Assembly: GCA_003228815.1 (NCBI GenBank)
Contig: QIGB01000011.1
Coordinates: forward strand, 174-64,173
Reading direction: 5' to 3'
Length of the DNA stretch: 64,000 nucleotides
Source of the DNA: Chlamydiota bacterium
Lineage (GTDB): Bacteria; Chlamydiota; Chlamydiia; Chlamydiales; Rhabdochlamydiaceae
Shown here: piece after piece, positions 26,806-35,542 of the stretch
Numbering within the stretch: position 1 is the first letter of the stretch
Layout: every line of letters begins with the position of its first letter
Position numbers and translations under genes: made by a program
Notes under the pieces: generated by a model
Told to the model about the DNA's origin: nothing
What the model saw: the letters and a program-made list of their open reading frames with translations, nothing else
The model's database searches: none

Positions 26806-26988
26806 TTATTTTTTTCTTTTCCTGTTATCAGACCTAGACCTCCCCTTCTTTTTAGGGATTTTAGCTCCCGATCGCCTCGCCTCGCCTAGAGCAATCGCTA
26901 TAGCTTGTTTTTGAGGGCGACCTGATTTGACAAGCTCTCGGATATTTTCACTGATGACTTCTCTTGATTTCCCCTTCTTGAGCGGCAT
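26806..26988 (-). CDS. Small basic protein (60 aa), DUF6496-like by eye
   Basis: The [28 protein letters not shown] block matches a small conserved bacterial family (..K.RKQAIAI.LS.AR..G..) as I recall it. Confidence 0.5.
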   Translation of the reverse strand: MPLKKGKSREVISENIRELVKSGRPQKQAIAIALGEARRSGAKIPKKKGRSRSDNRKRKK

Positions 26989-27003
26989 TTTTTTTTACTC
27001 CTT

Positions 27004-27166
27004 TATACCGAAACAAAATAAAAAATTGGTTTTTGACTGCATCGGTGTTTCTACTGCTTTGCCATCTACTCCTCGCTCCGTGTCTATGACCACTGCAGCT
27101 CGCACATATGAAAAACCAGTAGAACCTCTTTGTCAAATTCCTAATTTTTCATTTTGTTTCGGTATA
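27004..27166. repeat. MITE-like hairpin element, family A copy 2 (163 bp)
   Basis: TIR TATACCGAAACAAAATAAAAAATTGG (27004-27029) vs an imperfect complement at 27140-27166. The interior shares CATCTACTCCTCGCTCCGTGTC...CACTGCAGCTCG...GAACCTCTTTGTCAAATTC with copy 1. Confidence 0.85.
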
Positions 27167-27220
27167 ATCCCTGAAATGCTATAATTATGAATTAATCACA
27201 ATGATAGATTGAGGCATTAA

Positions 27221-28630
27221 ATGAAGAGACTTCTTTATTCTTTCTTAATTTTTCTTCTCTGTGGGATTCCCCTAACTGTCCGAGCAAATGAAAGCAAAGA
27301 TCCACAACCAGTTGTCATTATCGGTAGTGGCGTTGGAGCGCTCACATCAGCCGTTTATTTACAACGCGCTGGAGTCAATACCCTTGTGATAGAGGGAGAA
27401 AATCCTGGAGGCGCCATTACGCAGTCTCCTAATGTCCAAAATTGGCCAGGCGAACTCGAAATCAATGGCCAAATATTGGTTGAGAAGATCCGCAAGCAAG
27501 CAGAAGAAAATGGAGCTAAGTTTGTTTCACAAGAGGTCATTGCTGTCGATTTTACGAAACGCCCATTTATCATCACGATGAGAGATGTCTACGATCATGA
27601 GAAAATGCAGACCATAGAGGCAAAATCATGCATCATCGCAATGGGATCGATGCCCAAACTTCTTGGAATTCCAGGAGAATCTGGCGATGGTGGCTACTGG
27701 ACTCGCGGAGTCTATAGCTGTGCTGTATGTGATGGAGCCCTCTATAGAGGAAAAAATGTCGCTGTGATCGGAGGTGGAGATGCCGCGATTTTAGAAGCCG
27801 ATTACCTCTCCAACATTGCAAAAAAGGTCTACGTGATCCTCCGCTCAGATCAATTCCGGACAATCGAAATTCTGCGAAAAAATGCATTGATCAAAAAACC
27901 CAACGTCGAGGTTCTCTATAACACCAAAATCGATCAGATTACCGGAAATGGTCAAAATGTGACCCATCTCAATCTCTCAACAAAAAATGACCTGCCCATT
28001 GATGGAGTTTTTGTATCGATTGGAGCCAACCCAAATTCAGAAATCTTTAAACATCAACTCGATTTAGATGAAAATGGCTACATTCGGCTCAAACAAGATC
28101 AGCTGACCTCCGTTCCTGGAGTCTTTGCCATTGGAGACATTGTCGATCCCCATTATAAACAGGCCATTTCTGCTGCAGGACATGGAGCAACAGCAGCTCT
28201 CCAAGTAGAGAGATACCTATCTGGCCTGCCAAAGGAAGAATTCCAGCCAAAATCTACGCAAAAAATCGCACAAAAGACATCTGGAAAAACGCTCTCTGCA
28301 CGTGTAAATGAGATTTCCAATACAGATGAGTTTTATCGTGCCATCGGGCAAAACGACACCCCTTTACTCGTCGAGTTTTATTCCCCTACCTGTGGCCCCT
28401 GTAAACAACTCAGTCCAAAGCTCGATCAAGCAGCGGACAACTATCAAGGCAAAATCCGCTTTATAAAAGTGGACGTTACCAAATTTTCTGATCTTGCCAA
28501 TAGCTATAATGTCTACGGAGTTCCCACAGCAATGATTTTTGACAACCAAGGGAAAGTAGTCAAAAGAGCTTCTGGACTAGAGAAAATCAGTAAGATTCTA
28601 ATAAATTTAGACAAATATACTTCAAAATAA
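27221..28630 (+). CDS. trxB: Thioredoxin reductase-thioredoxin fusion protein with a predicted N-terminal signal peptide or anchor
   Basis: IIGSGVGALTSAVY (FAD), CAVCDG (redox-active disulfide), GGGDAA (NADPH), GDIVD, then C-terminal EFYSPTCGPCKQL (Trx CGPC). The N-terminus MKRLLYSFLIFLLCGIPLTVRA-NE is signal-like. Confidence 0.85.
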   Translation: MKRLLYSFLIFLLCGIPLTVRANESKDPQPVVIIGSGVGALTSAVYLQRAGVNTLVIEGENPGGAITQSPNVQNWPGELEINGQILVEKIRKQAEENGAKFVSQEVIAVDFTKRPFIITMRDVYDHEKMQTIEAKSCIIAMGSMPKLLGIPGESGDGGYWTRGVYSCAVCDGALYRGKNVAVIGGGDAAILEADYLSNIAKKVYVILRSDQFRTIEILRKNALIKKPNVEVLYNTKIDQITGNGQNVTHLNLSTKNDLPIDGVFVSIGANPNSEIFKHQLDLDENGYIRLKQDQLTSVPGVFAIGDIVDPHYKQAISAAGHGATAALQVERYLSGLPKEEFQPKSTQKIAQKTSGKTLSARVNEISNTDEFYRAIGQNDTPLLVEFYSPTCGPCKQLSPKLDQAADNYQGKIRFIKVDVTKFSDLANSYNVYGVPTAMIFDNQGKVVKRASGLEKISKILINLDKYTSK

Positions 28631-28660
28631 GTTTTCAAATCGCTATGATTTCATAGATAT

Positions 28661-29062
28661 ATGCAATGTCCCTGTCATAGTGGTTTATCCTATCCAGAAT
28701 GCTGTGAGCCTTATCATATTGGGAAACAGCTGCCTGAATCGGCCCTTCAATTGATGCGCTCGCGTTATAGCGCTTATGCCACAAAAAATGCCGATTACAT
28801 CATAGAGACAACACACCCTGAAAATTCTTCTTATTCTGCAAATCGAGATGATTGGAAGGAATCCGTTCTCTTCTTTTGTAATCGAACATCTTTTCGAGGT
28901 CTGAAAATCATCGAAGTACTTGAAGGTACTCAGGAATCCTTCGTCACTTTTTTTGCCCATCTTTTTCAAAATGGCGACGATGTTTCTTTTCAAGAGACGA
29001 GTCATTTTTATAAAGTGGGAGATCGTTGGCTTTACCATTCAGGAACTCCTGAACGCCCTTAA
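28661..29062 (+). CDS. ychJ: YchJ-family (UPF0225) SEC-C motif protein
   Basis: The CPCHSGLSYPECCEPYH SEC-C metal-binding motif followed by LMRSRYSAY is diagnostic of the YchJ family. Confidence 0.8.
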   Translation: MQCPCHSGLSYPECCEPYHIGKQLPESALQLMRSRYSAYATKNADYIIETTHPENSSYSANRDDWKESVLFFCNRTSFRGLKIIEVLEGTQESFVTFFAHLFQNGDDVSFQETSHFYKVGDRWLYHSGTPERP

Positions 29063-29178
29063 AAGTTATTCTCGAACTGAATTTTCTACATTTGAAAATT
29101 TTTCCTTTTCATTTTTTTTAGGTTCGTGCTAAACTTCTTACCAGGAATTTTAGGAACCAAATAACAAAGAGAAAGGAG

Positions 29179-30021
29179 ATGAAAAAAGCACTTGTTAGAA
29201 CACTTTTCACCTGCTTTGCCTTAGTTGCAATTGCAAGTAACGCAGAAGAGGATGTCCAAAATGAGGACGTCCAAAATACCGAAGAAAATGTGGTGGTCGA
29301 TTCTCGTCCACTATCCCGCGAAAAAAAGAAAATCATGGAAAAAAATCGGAAAGCTGAAAGTGAAGTGGCAGATGCCGTATCAGAAGAAGAAGATTCTGTC
29401 GAAGTCAGCAGCCTGATCATTCCTATCAAAGACAAGGAGTATATTGCTCTGGCGTCAAATCAAATGAATCATACAGCCATATCCATTTCCCCCTCCCTTT
29501 TCCATTGGATCGACAATTTTCCACAAGACAATATCATCAAGACAGAAGATGGAGCCGAATGGATTTTTGACAATAGTAATAACTACCTTCTTCGGACCTG
29601 GCACTTAGGAGATACCATTGTGATTACTCCTAAAGGACGCTGGTTATGGGGATCGAACTATTCCTATGTCATGACAAACAAAGACTTAGGAACATCGATC
29701 GATGTGAATCTCTTTCTGGGACCTGTAGCATTTGGAAACTACAGCACCTGGATCGTTGGAATCGATAAGAATCTTGGACAAATTTACCTCCTCAATGGCC
29801 AAGGAGAAAGAACTGTCTGGGAAGTCTCCAATGTGGATCTCTATCTCTTTCAAGATTGGGAAGTCAACGACACCTTGATTGTTGGGCAAAATGATAGCTG
29901 GCTTTGGTGGTTTTCTTCCTATAACCACATCATCCTCAATGTCAATATGAACCACAATGTTCGGGCTAGACAAATGTCTTCAAATCCTAACTATATCAGC
30001 GCAATTGGAATGAGAGGTTAA
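29179..30021 (+). CDS. Secreted hypothetical protein (280 aa) with an internal duplication
   Basis: Signal peptide MKKALVRTLFTCFALVAIASNA, then an acidic region, then two similar modules (TWHLGDTIVITPKGRWLWGSNYSYV / QDWEVNDTLIVGQNDSWLWWFSSYNHI). Confidence 0.6.
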   Translation: MKKALVRTLFTCFALVAIASNAEEDVQNEDVQNTEENVVVDSRPLSREKKKIMEKNRKAESEVADAVSEEEDSVEVSSLIIPIKDKEYIALASNQMNHTAISISPSLFHWIDNFPQDNIIKTEDGAEWIFDNSNNYLLRTWHLGDTIVITPKGRWLWGSNYSYVMTNKDLGTSIDVNLFLGPVAFGNYSTWIVGIDKNLGQIYLLNGQGERTVWEVSNVDLYLFQDWEVNDTLIVGQNDSWLWWFSSYNHIILNVNMNHNVRARQMSSNPNYISAIGMRG

Positions 30022-30023
30022 TT

Positions 30024-30785
30024 ATGCAGCTTGAGATTTCAGAAGCTGGCAAACGTGCCGCAGAACAATTAGAACCACTGCAAGCCAAAGAATTTGGCGG
30101 ATGCAACGAACCTCACAATGATGTTGGTGTGACAATTTTAAAAATATTAACCATCATCGGAGGGATCTTCTTTGCGATGTTATCTGCAACAAGCCTTCCT
30201 CCTGAGATGGCTTTCATTTGCATCACTCTAATTGCAATCACTGTCGCTACACTCGTTACTGGAGCAGAAAAAATCGTTGCGATTTTCCCAAGAGGGATTT
30301 GGGTTTGGGGAAGTGGCGAAAGGCATCCTCCAGTTGTTATCCGTGATTCCCGTCCGCCCCCTTCTCGCTGGACATGGTATAATCCCGGCACCTGGGGAGG
30401 AAGAACTTCTTCAGGAGGTAGCGGGCATTCCGTCTATACAGGTAGAGGTGGGGACAGCGGAGGACATTCTGTTCACCCAAGTTCAGGCGGATCAGGGAGT
30501 AGCCCTAGCTCAGGCGGAGGTAATAGCGCCGTAGGCAGTGGGCATTCTAGCTCTAGAGGAAACGCCGCCACAACCGGAGGATATAGCGCCGTAGGCGGAG
30601 GACATAGCGCCTCTCCTATCGTTGGAGGCACTCCTGGTAATGTGGCTTCAGGCGGGGGACATCACACCTCTCCTATCGTTGGAGGCACTCCTGGTAATGT
30701 TAGCGTCGGCAGTGGACTACACGATCGGAGCCCTACGACACCTACAGGAAATGTTGTACCAGGCAGTGGCCGTAGCAGAAAATGA
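30024..30785 (+). CDS. Membrane protein with a bilobed hydrophobic domain and a Gly/Ser/His-rich repetitive tail (Inc-like candidate)
   Basis: Two adjacent hydrophobic stretches (ILKILTIIGGIFFAMLSATSL-PPE-MAFICITLIAITVATLVTGA), then a low-complexity tail with repeated SPIVGGTPGNV units. Confidence 0.6.
   Translation: MQLEISEAGKRAAEQLEPLQAKEFGGCNEPHNDVGVTILKILTIIGGIFFAMLSATSLPPEMAFICITLIAITVATLVTGAEKIVAIFPRGIWVWGSGERHPPVVIRDSRPPPSRWTWYNPGTWGGRTSSGGSGHSVYTGRGGDSGGHSVHPSSGGSGSSPSSGGGNSAVGSGHSSSRGNAATTGGYSAVGGGHSASPIVGGTPGNVASGGGHHTSPIVGGTPGNVSVGSGLHDRSPTTPTGNVVPGSGRSRK
30598..30711 (+). repeat. Two tandem 57-bp units inside the 30024-30785 CDS
   Basis: The 34-bp core CCTCTCCTATCGTTGGAGGCACTCCTGGTAATGT is identical at 30610-30643 and 30667-30700. 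Confidence 0.9.
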
Positions 30786-31780
30786 CAACACCTGCTGTTG
30801 GAAATAGCACTCTTTTCCAGGAGACATTTACTACACAGGAACAAAATCCCTCCGATTTCGGAGGGATTTTTTATGCTATTATCCTTTCAGATCCTGAAAG
30901 CGATCCCTATGATGTTGCGGAAGAATTGCTCCTATGTGATGAAATCGTTTTTCAGTTGTGTTCCATTGATGACTACCAAGAAATCAAACGAGAATTTACT
31001 GATTTACTGAATCAGCAGGGAAAGTCCAATGAGGAAAAAGTTTTCTTTTTGAATGCGTTATATTTAACCTATGTCGAGGCACTTAATGCAAGCTTCGTAC
31101 GAGAAGAATTCAATCATCTCATTGATCATTTTGATTCATTGTCCCGTCTGGCTCAGCCCATTAATATCAAACGGATGCATCGGCAATTCCGAAGAATTGA
31201 CGTGGGAAAACAACGGGAATATTTGGCACAAATCCAAACACTGCAACCCTTCCTCGATCGATTGTATTGTCAAAAGTTATTGATGCTAGCCAAGACACTA
31301 ACCATCTTAGGAGAAATTGACGAAAACTGTTTCTTTAGACTAATACTTTTTTTTAAGAATGTCCAAGGCATAAAAGCATGGATCCTCGGAGCTTCTGAAT
31401 ACAATCCCCATCTTTTTGTCTCCCCTTCCGCACAACCAGAAGAACAGGAAAATTCGGTACCTGAGATTTTTAGTCTCCATGCATCACAGTTATTGGAAGC
31501 CTCTGGAGAACTGTTTTTGGAAAAATTTGTCCCACAAGATTTTGAAGCAGCCATAGATGGCCATACAAGGGCGATCCACTTTTGGGATCAGGCTTTTGCA
31601 CATGAGGATTTTGATTGGATGGATCTCGTTTGGGCCCTAGCTTCCGAATTTTCCGAAGAAGAAAAGGATACCCTTCTCGCACAACTGTCTGGACATCAAG
31701 AAACTCTTTTCTCATGCATGGATTTGGATGAATCCATAAGAGAACCTGTGCAGAACATAGAAAAAGCCCATATGCGTTAA
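30782..31780 (+). CDS. Hypothetical acidic helical protein (332 aa)
   Basis: Long ORF whose ATG overlaps the upstream stop (ATGA at 30782-30785). No family recognised. Confidence 0.55.
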   Translation: MTTPAVGNSTLFQETFTTQEQNPSDFGGIFYAIILSDPESDPYDVAEELLLCDEIVFQLCSIDDYQEIKREFTDLLNQQGKSNEEKVFFLNALYLTYVEALNASFVREEFNHLIDHFDSLSRLAQPINIKRMHRQFRRIDVGKQREYLAQIQTLQPFLDRLYCQKLLMLAKTLTILGEIDENCFFRLILFFKNVQGIKAWILGASEYNPHLFVSPSAQPEEQENSVPEIFSLHASQLLEASGELFLEKFVPQDFEAAIDGHTRAIHFWDQAFAHEDFDWMDLVWALASEFSEEEKDTLLAQLSGHQETLFSCMDLDESIREPVQNIEKAHMR

Positions 31781-31840
31781 CTCTGCAAAGTAGCACTCCA
31801 TGCTAAAATGGCGACTCTAGCACTTAACAGTCTAGAAAGC

Positions 31841-33082
31841 CTAAGAAGATATTTGCGTGAAAAGCAGTAACGTTTCCATTTCCTCTCTTGTGAGCCCCCC
31901 ATGAGCGGCATGAAAATTCTGCTCAAAAAGATTTTTCTCATACCACCATACCGCTTCTCCTTTATAGGGAAGAATCACGAGATTTCCCACTCTGGATAAA
32001 AAATTTTGCGAAGGAGAATTGGGCCCAAAAAACCCATCCGCAATGAGCTTTTCTGTGGGATATACCTCTGCTTTGCCTTCAAGAAAATGGGAAAGGATCT
32101 CTGTCAATTCTTCTAGACATTCGGGGCGTACATGAAGAAAGAAATCGCGCGGGGAACCTGCAGGGACAAGGGGTTTATTTCTTCTGCCAAAAAGAAGATG
32201 TTTTTCAATATTGGGAACTTTTTTGTTGAGGTAATAGGTCTTTTCAGGACTAACCTCTGTCATCCCATGGTCTGCTGTGATTAATAGGGCTGTTTTGGGT
32301 GGCAGTCTTGCATAAAACTCCTCAATATCAGAGAAAATCCCTTCAATGCATTGGACAAATTCTGGTGTGTGAATTCCCATTCGATGACCGATGGCATCAA
32401 TTTCCCCATAGTAGAAATAACAATAGGTTTTGGACTTCAAGCTGGAAAGAATCTGTGCTAAGCCTTGTTTGGGAGAGTGATATCCATGGATCTTTGCACC
32501 GGCTAAAACTGTTTGAGAATAAGGGGAATTTGCAATAGAAGCTGGCTGAAAAGCATGAGACTGTATACCCAATCCTTCCAGTTTTTGATAGAGAGTCTCG
32601 GTTGGATAGAGTTCTTTGGGATCGAGTGGGAGGGTATTATGTTTTCTTTCCCCTGCATAGTTGAATGGAAGAGGAGCAATGATGTCATCGAGCTTGGGTT
32701 CATAAAGAAACCACTCATAAAGCCCCGATTTGTTAGGCGGCAAACCCGTGTTGATGCAGGTAACATGCGCTGCAGTTGTCGAGGGAAACATGCTGGTGAT
32801 TTTTGAAACGATCCCCTCATTTGCGAGCTTTTGCAAAATCGGAAGGCTGCTTTTGTATTTTTCAAAAAATTCCCAGCCAAATCCATCTATGAAAAGAAGG
32901 ATGACGTGATCGTAAGTACCGGACTGTATGGTATCGCTGGGAAGCCCTTTTTCCTCATTGGAAAAGAGGGAGACAATCGTCTGGGGAATATTGGAAAAAC
33001 AGTAACTGGAATAAAGAGGACGGCAAAAGTTTTTTGAAAATTTTGCATTTTTTACTTCTTCAAGTGATTTTTCGTTTATCAT
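31841..33082 (-). CDS. Alkaline-phosphatase superfamily enzyme (type I phosphodiesterase / nucleotide pyrophosphatase family)
   Basis: Metal-ligand blocks ILLFIDGFGWEF, MFPSTTAAHVTCINTG (nucleophile Thr), GEIDAIGHRMG and LITADHGM are typical of PF01663-type enzymes. Confidence 0.75.
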   Translation of the reverse strand: MINEKSLEEVKNAKFSKNFCRPLYSSYCFSNIPQTIVSLFSNEEKGLPSDTIQSGTYDHVILLFIDGFGWEFFEKYKSSLPILQKLANEGIVSKITSMFPSTTAAHVTCINTGLPPNKSGLYEWFLYEPKLDDIIAPLPFNYAGERKHNTLPLDPKELYPTETLYQKLEGLGIQSHAFQPASIANSPYSQTVLAGAKIHGYHSPKQGLAQILSSLKSKTYCYFYYGEIDAIGHRMGIHTPEFVQCIEGIFSDIEEFYARLPPKTALLITADHGMTEVSPEKTYYLNKKVPNIEKHLLFGRRNKPLVPAGSPRDFFLHVRPECLEELTEILSHFLEGKAEVYPTEKLIADGFFGPNSPSQNFLSRVGNLVILPYKGEAVWWYEKNLFEQNFHAAHGGLTREEMETLLLFTQISS

Positions 33083-33111
33083 TTATGCTCTATCCAGTAG
33101 AATTTTAGCCT

Positions 33112-34518
33112 ATGAAAGCGAAAATCCCAAAAATTCCCAAAGCTATAAGTGTTTTCACTCTTGCCATGATCAACGTAGCAGCCGTTAGCAGCGTGAAGAA
33201 CTGGCCCTTCACAGCTGAGTTGGGGTTTTCGTCGATGTTCTATTTTATTTTAGCGGCGCTTGTCTTTTTTTTCCCTGTTTCCTTAGTCTCTGCCGAACTT
33301 GCTACAGGATGGCCTAAGCGCGGCGGGGTGTATCTCTGGGTTAAAGAAGCTTTTGGACCAAAGTGGGGATTTTTAGCCGTTTGGTTACAGTGGATTGAGA
33401 ATATTGTTTGGTATCCCACTGTACTTTCTTTTGCAGCTGGAACGGTTGCTTATCTCGTCAATCCCAATCTCGCCAACAGTACGATCTATACGATTGTGAT
33501 GGTTCTACTCATTTTTTGGGGAGCTACGATTGCCAACTTCTTTGGAATGAAAACTTCGGGTTGGTTTAGTGATATGGGAGCCATTTGCGGAACATTGATC
33601 CCAGGAACCATAATCATCTTACTCGGTGGTTATTGGCTCATTGAAGGAGCTCCTCTTCAAATCGATTTTTCTATGGATGCGTTTCTCCCTGATTTTAGCT
33701 TGTCAAGCATGGTCCTTTTCACAGGAGTTCTCCTCACTTTTGCAGGGATTGAAATGTCAGCAGTGCATGCCTTGGATGTACGCAACCCACAAAAAGATTA
33801 TCCAAAAGCAATTCTCCTTTCTGCTATTTTGATTTTGTCACTATCCATTTTGGGAGTCCTGGCCATTGCGATCGTTGTCCCCCAGAAGGACATCAGCCTT
33901 ACGGCTGGCACGATGCAGGCTTTTACGATATTTTTGAGTAAATACAATCTCAAAGCCCTCATCCCATTCGTCGCCATTCTCATGGCTGCAGGACTATTTG
34001 GGTCTGTCTGTACCTGGATCATTGGCCCAACAAAAGGTCTATTGGCTGCAGGACAAGAAGGAAATCTTCCACCCGTTTTTCACAAAACGAATCGCCATCA
34101 AGCCCCTGTTGCTCTCATGATTGCGCAAGGGATCATCGCTTCCGCCCTTTGCCTGATGTTTTTCTTAATGCCTACCATCAGCTCAGGATTTTGGATTTTG
34201 ACCGTTCTTGTGGCCCAACTCTATCTCGTCATGTATGTTCTCGTTTTAATTGCAGCGCTCCGATTGCGCTATAGCCAACCCAAACATAAGCGTCCCTACA
34301 AAGTTCCTGGTGGCAACGTAGGTATGTGGGTGGTTTGTGGACTCGGTATTCTCTCAGGTGTTTTTGCTCTTTTGATTGGCTATATCCCTCCAGATCAATT
34401 CGAAATAGGCAACAAAACCTTTTACACCGGTTTCTTAATTTGCGGAACCGTTCTTGGGTGTATCGCCCCTTTCATCATCCTTCTTTTTAAAAAACCAGAC
34501 TGGAAAGCCAAAGATTAG
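33112..34518 (+). CDS. APC-superfamily amino acid transporter (GadC/YjeM-like)
   Basis: 468 aa with about 12 TM segments. The N-terminal block LAMINVAAVSSVKNWP...AELATGWPKRGGVYLWVKEAFG is typical of the glutamate:GABA antiporter-like subfamily. Confidence 0.8.
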   Translation: MKAKIPKIPKAISVFTLAMINVAAVSSVKNWPFTAELGFSSMFYFILAALVFFFPVSLVSAELATGWPKRGGVYLWVKEAFGPKWGFLAVWLQWIENIVWYPTVLSFAAGTVAYLVNPNLANSTIYTIVMVLLIFWGATIANFFGMKTSGWFSDMGAICGTLIPGTIIILLGGYWLIEGAPLQIDFSMDAFLPDFSLSSMVLFTGVLLTFAGIEMSAVHALDVRNPQKDYPKAILLSAILILSLSILGVLAIAIVVPQKDISLTAGTMQAFTIFLSKYNLKALIPFVAILMAAGLFGSVCTWIIGPTKGLLAAGQEGNLPPVFHKTNRHQAPVALMIAQGIIASALCLMFFLMPTISSGFWILTVLVAQLYLVMYVLVLIAALRLRYSQPKHKRPYKVPGGNVGMWVVCGLGILSGVFALLIGYIPPDQFEIGNKTFYTGFLICGTVLGCIAPFIILLFKKPDWKAKD

Positions 34519-34521
34519 ACA

Positions 34522-35508
34522 CTAGAGCAGGAGCCACCAGGTTGAGAGGCCTAGATAGATCAAGGTAGTCATCACATCGGCTAGCATCAAGACAACAGGC
34601 CCGGCTGCAACTTTAGGATCGAGTTTTCTGGAATGCAAAATGAGCGGAATGGCAGCTCCAATCGTTCCTGAAATCATAACAGAAAGGATGATAGAGGCTG
34701 TAATGGCAACTGCCGGATACGGTCCCTGACCCCAAAGCAATGAAATTCCTCCAACAATGATCCCACACGTCAACCCAAGCAAAAAGACCATTTTCCATTC
34801 ATTAAAGAGCCTGTAAAACAGGCGTTTCTTTGAAATTTTAGGGCGACTGAGAAACTGCAGACTATACGTCATCGATTGCATCGAGATCGACTCGCTTAAA
34901 GTGAGAACCAGTGGGATGAACATCGCAAGCAGAATCACTTCAAGGAGAACAATCTCAAATACCCGAGAAATCACCGCACAGGCAATCCCCCCAATCATAT
35001 TGCAAAAAAGCCAAGGCATCCGCGTTCGGTACGTAAGCCATGCAGAAGCAGTCTTCCCCTCCTCAAGTGTGAGACCTAAAACTTGAAAGAGATCCGTATG
35101 ACTATGACGAGCTTTGGCAACATCAACAGCTTCTTCGAGATAGAGTTGCACATCGATGATCCCAATCAATCGATTTTCTTCATCGACAACAGGAATCGCG
35201 AGAAGACGATGGGATGTTAAAATTTCTATGGCCTCTTGCAGAGTATGATTAGCTGAAATGGAAATGACATGCTCTTCGAGAATTTCATGAATTTTTTTTT
35301 CGGGAGGGCTTAGAAGCAGGCTTCTTGTGGACACAACTCCTTTGAGGTGCATGTCACTATCCACGACATAAAAGTAAAAAATTTTCTCCTTAATTTGCTG
35401 GCGACGAATATTGACAAGGGCATCCTCAACGGTCTGATCGACCTTGACAATCGTGTGAACAGGAGCAATAAAATCGCCTACTCGGCGCTGAAGATCATTT
35501 TTACTCAT
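34522..35508 (-). CDS. mgtE: Short MgtE-type magnesium transporter (CBS pair plus MgtE membrane domain, no MgtE_N domain)
   Basis: Has two CBS-like repeats, then five TM segments with PLVLTLSESI..Q and the GTIGAAIPLIL..LK.DPAVAAGP..T...D block. Confidence 0.75.
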   Translation of the reverse strand: MSKNDLQRRVGDFIAPVHTIVKVDQTVEDALVNIRRQQIKEKIFYFYVVDSDMHLKGVVSTRSLLLSPPEKKIHEILEEHVISISANHTLQEAIEILTSHRLLAIPVVDEENRLIGIIDVQLYLEEAVDVAKARHSHTDLFQVLGLTLEEGKTASAWLTYRTRMPWLFCNMIGGIACAVISRVFEIVLLEVILLAMFIPLVLTLSESISMQSMTYSLQFLSRPKISKKRLFYRLFNEWKMVFLLGLTCGIIVGGISLLWGQGPYPAVAITASIILSVMISGTIGAAIPLILHSRKLDPKVAAGPVVLMLADVMTTLIYLGLSTWWLLL

Positions 35509-35542
35509 AGAATTTATATATTTGCTATATAATCGATCTACG

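Noticed and set aside
26927-27184. ORFs 26927-27184 (+) and 26948-27136 (-)
   Set aside because: They are generated by reading through family A element copy 2. An equivalent region in copy 1 has no conserved ORF.
30113-30844. Alternative-frame ORFs (30113-30391 -, 30232-30534 +, 30622-30807 +, 30662-30844 -) in the Gly/Ser-rich gene
   Set aside because: GC-rich repetitive coding sequence keeps several frames open. Only the 30024-30785 frame has a start, an SD and a coherent TM-plus-tail architecture.
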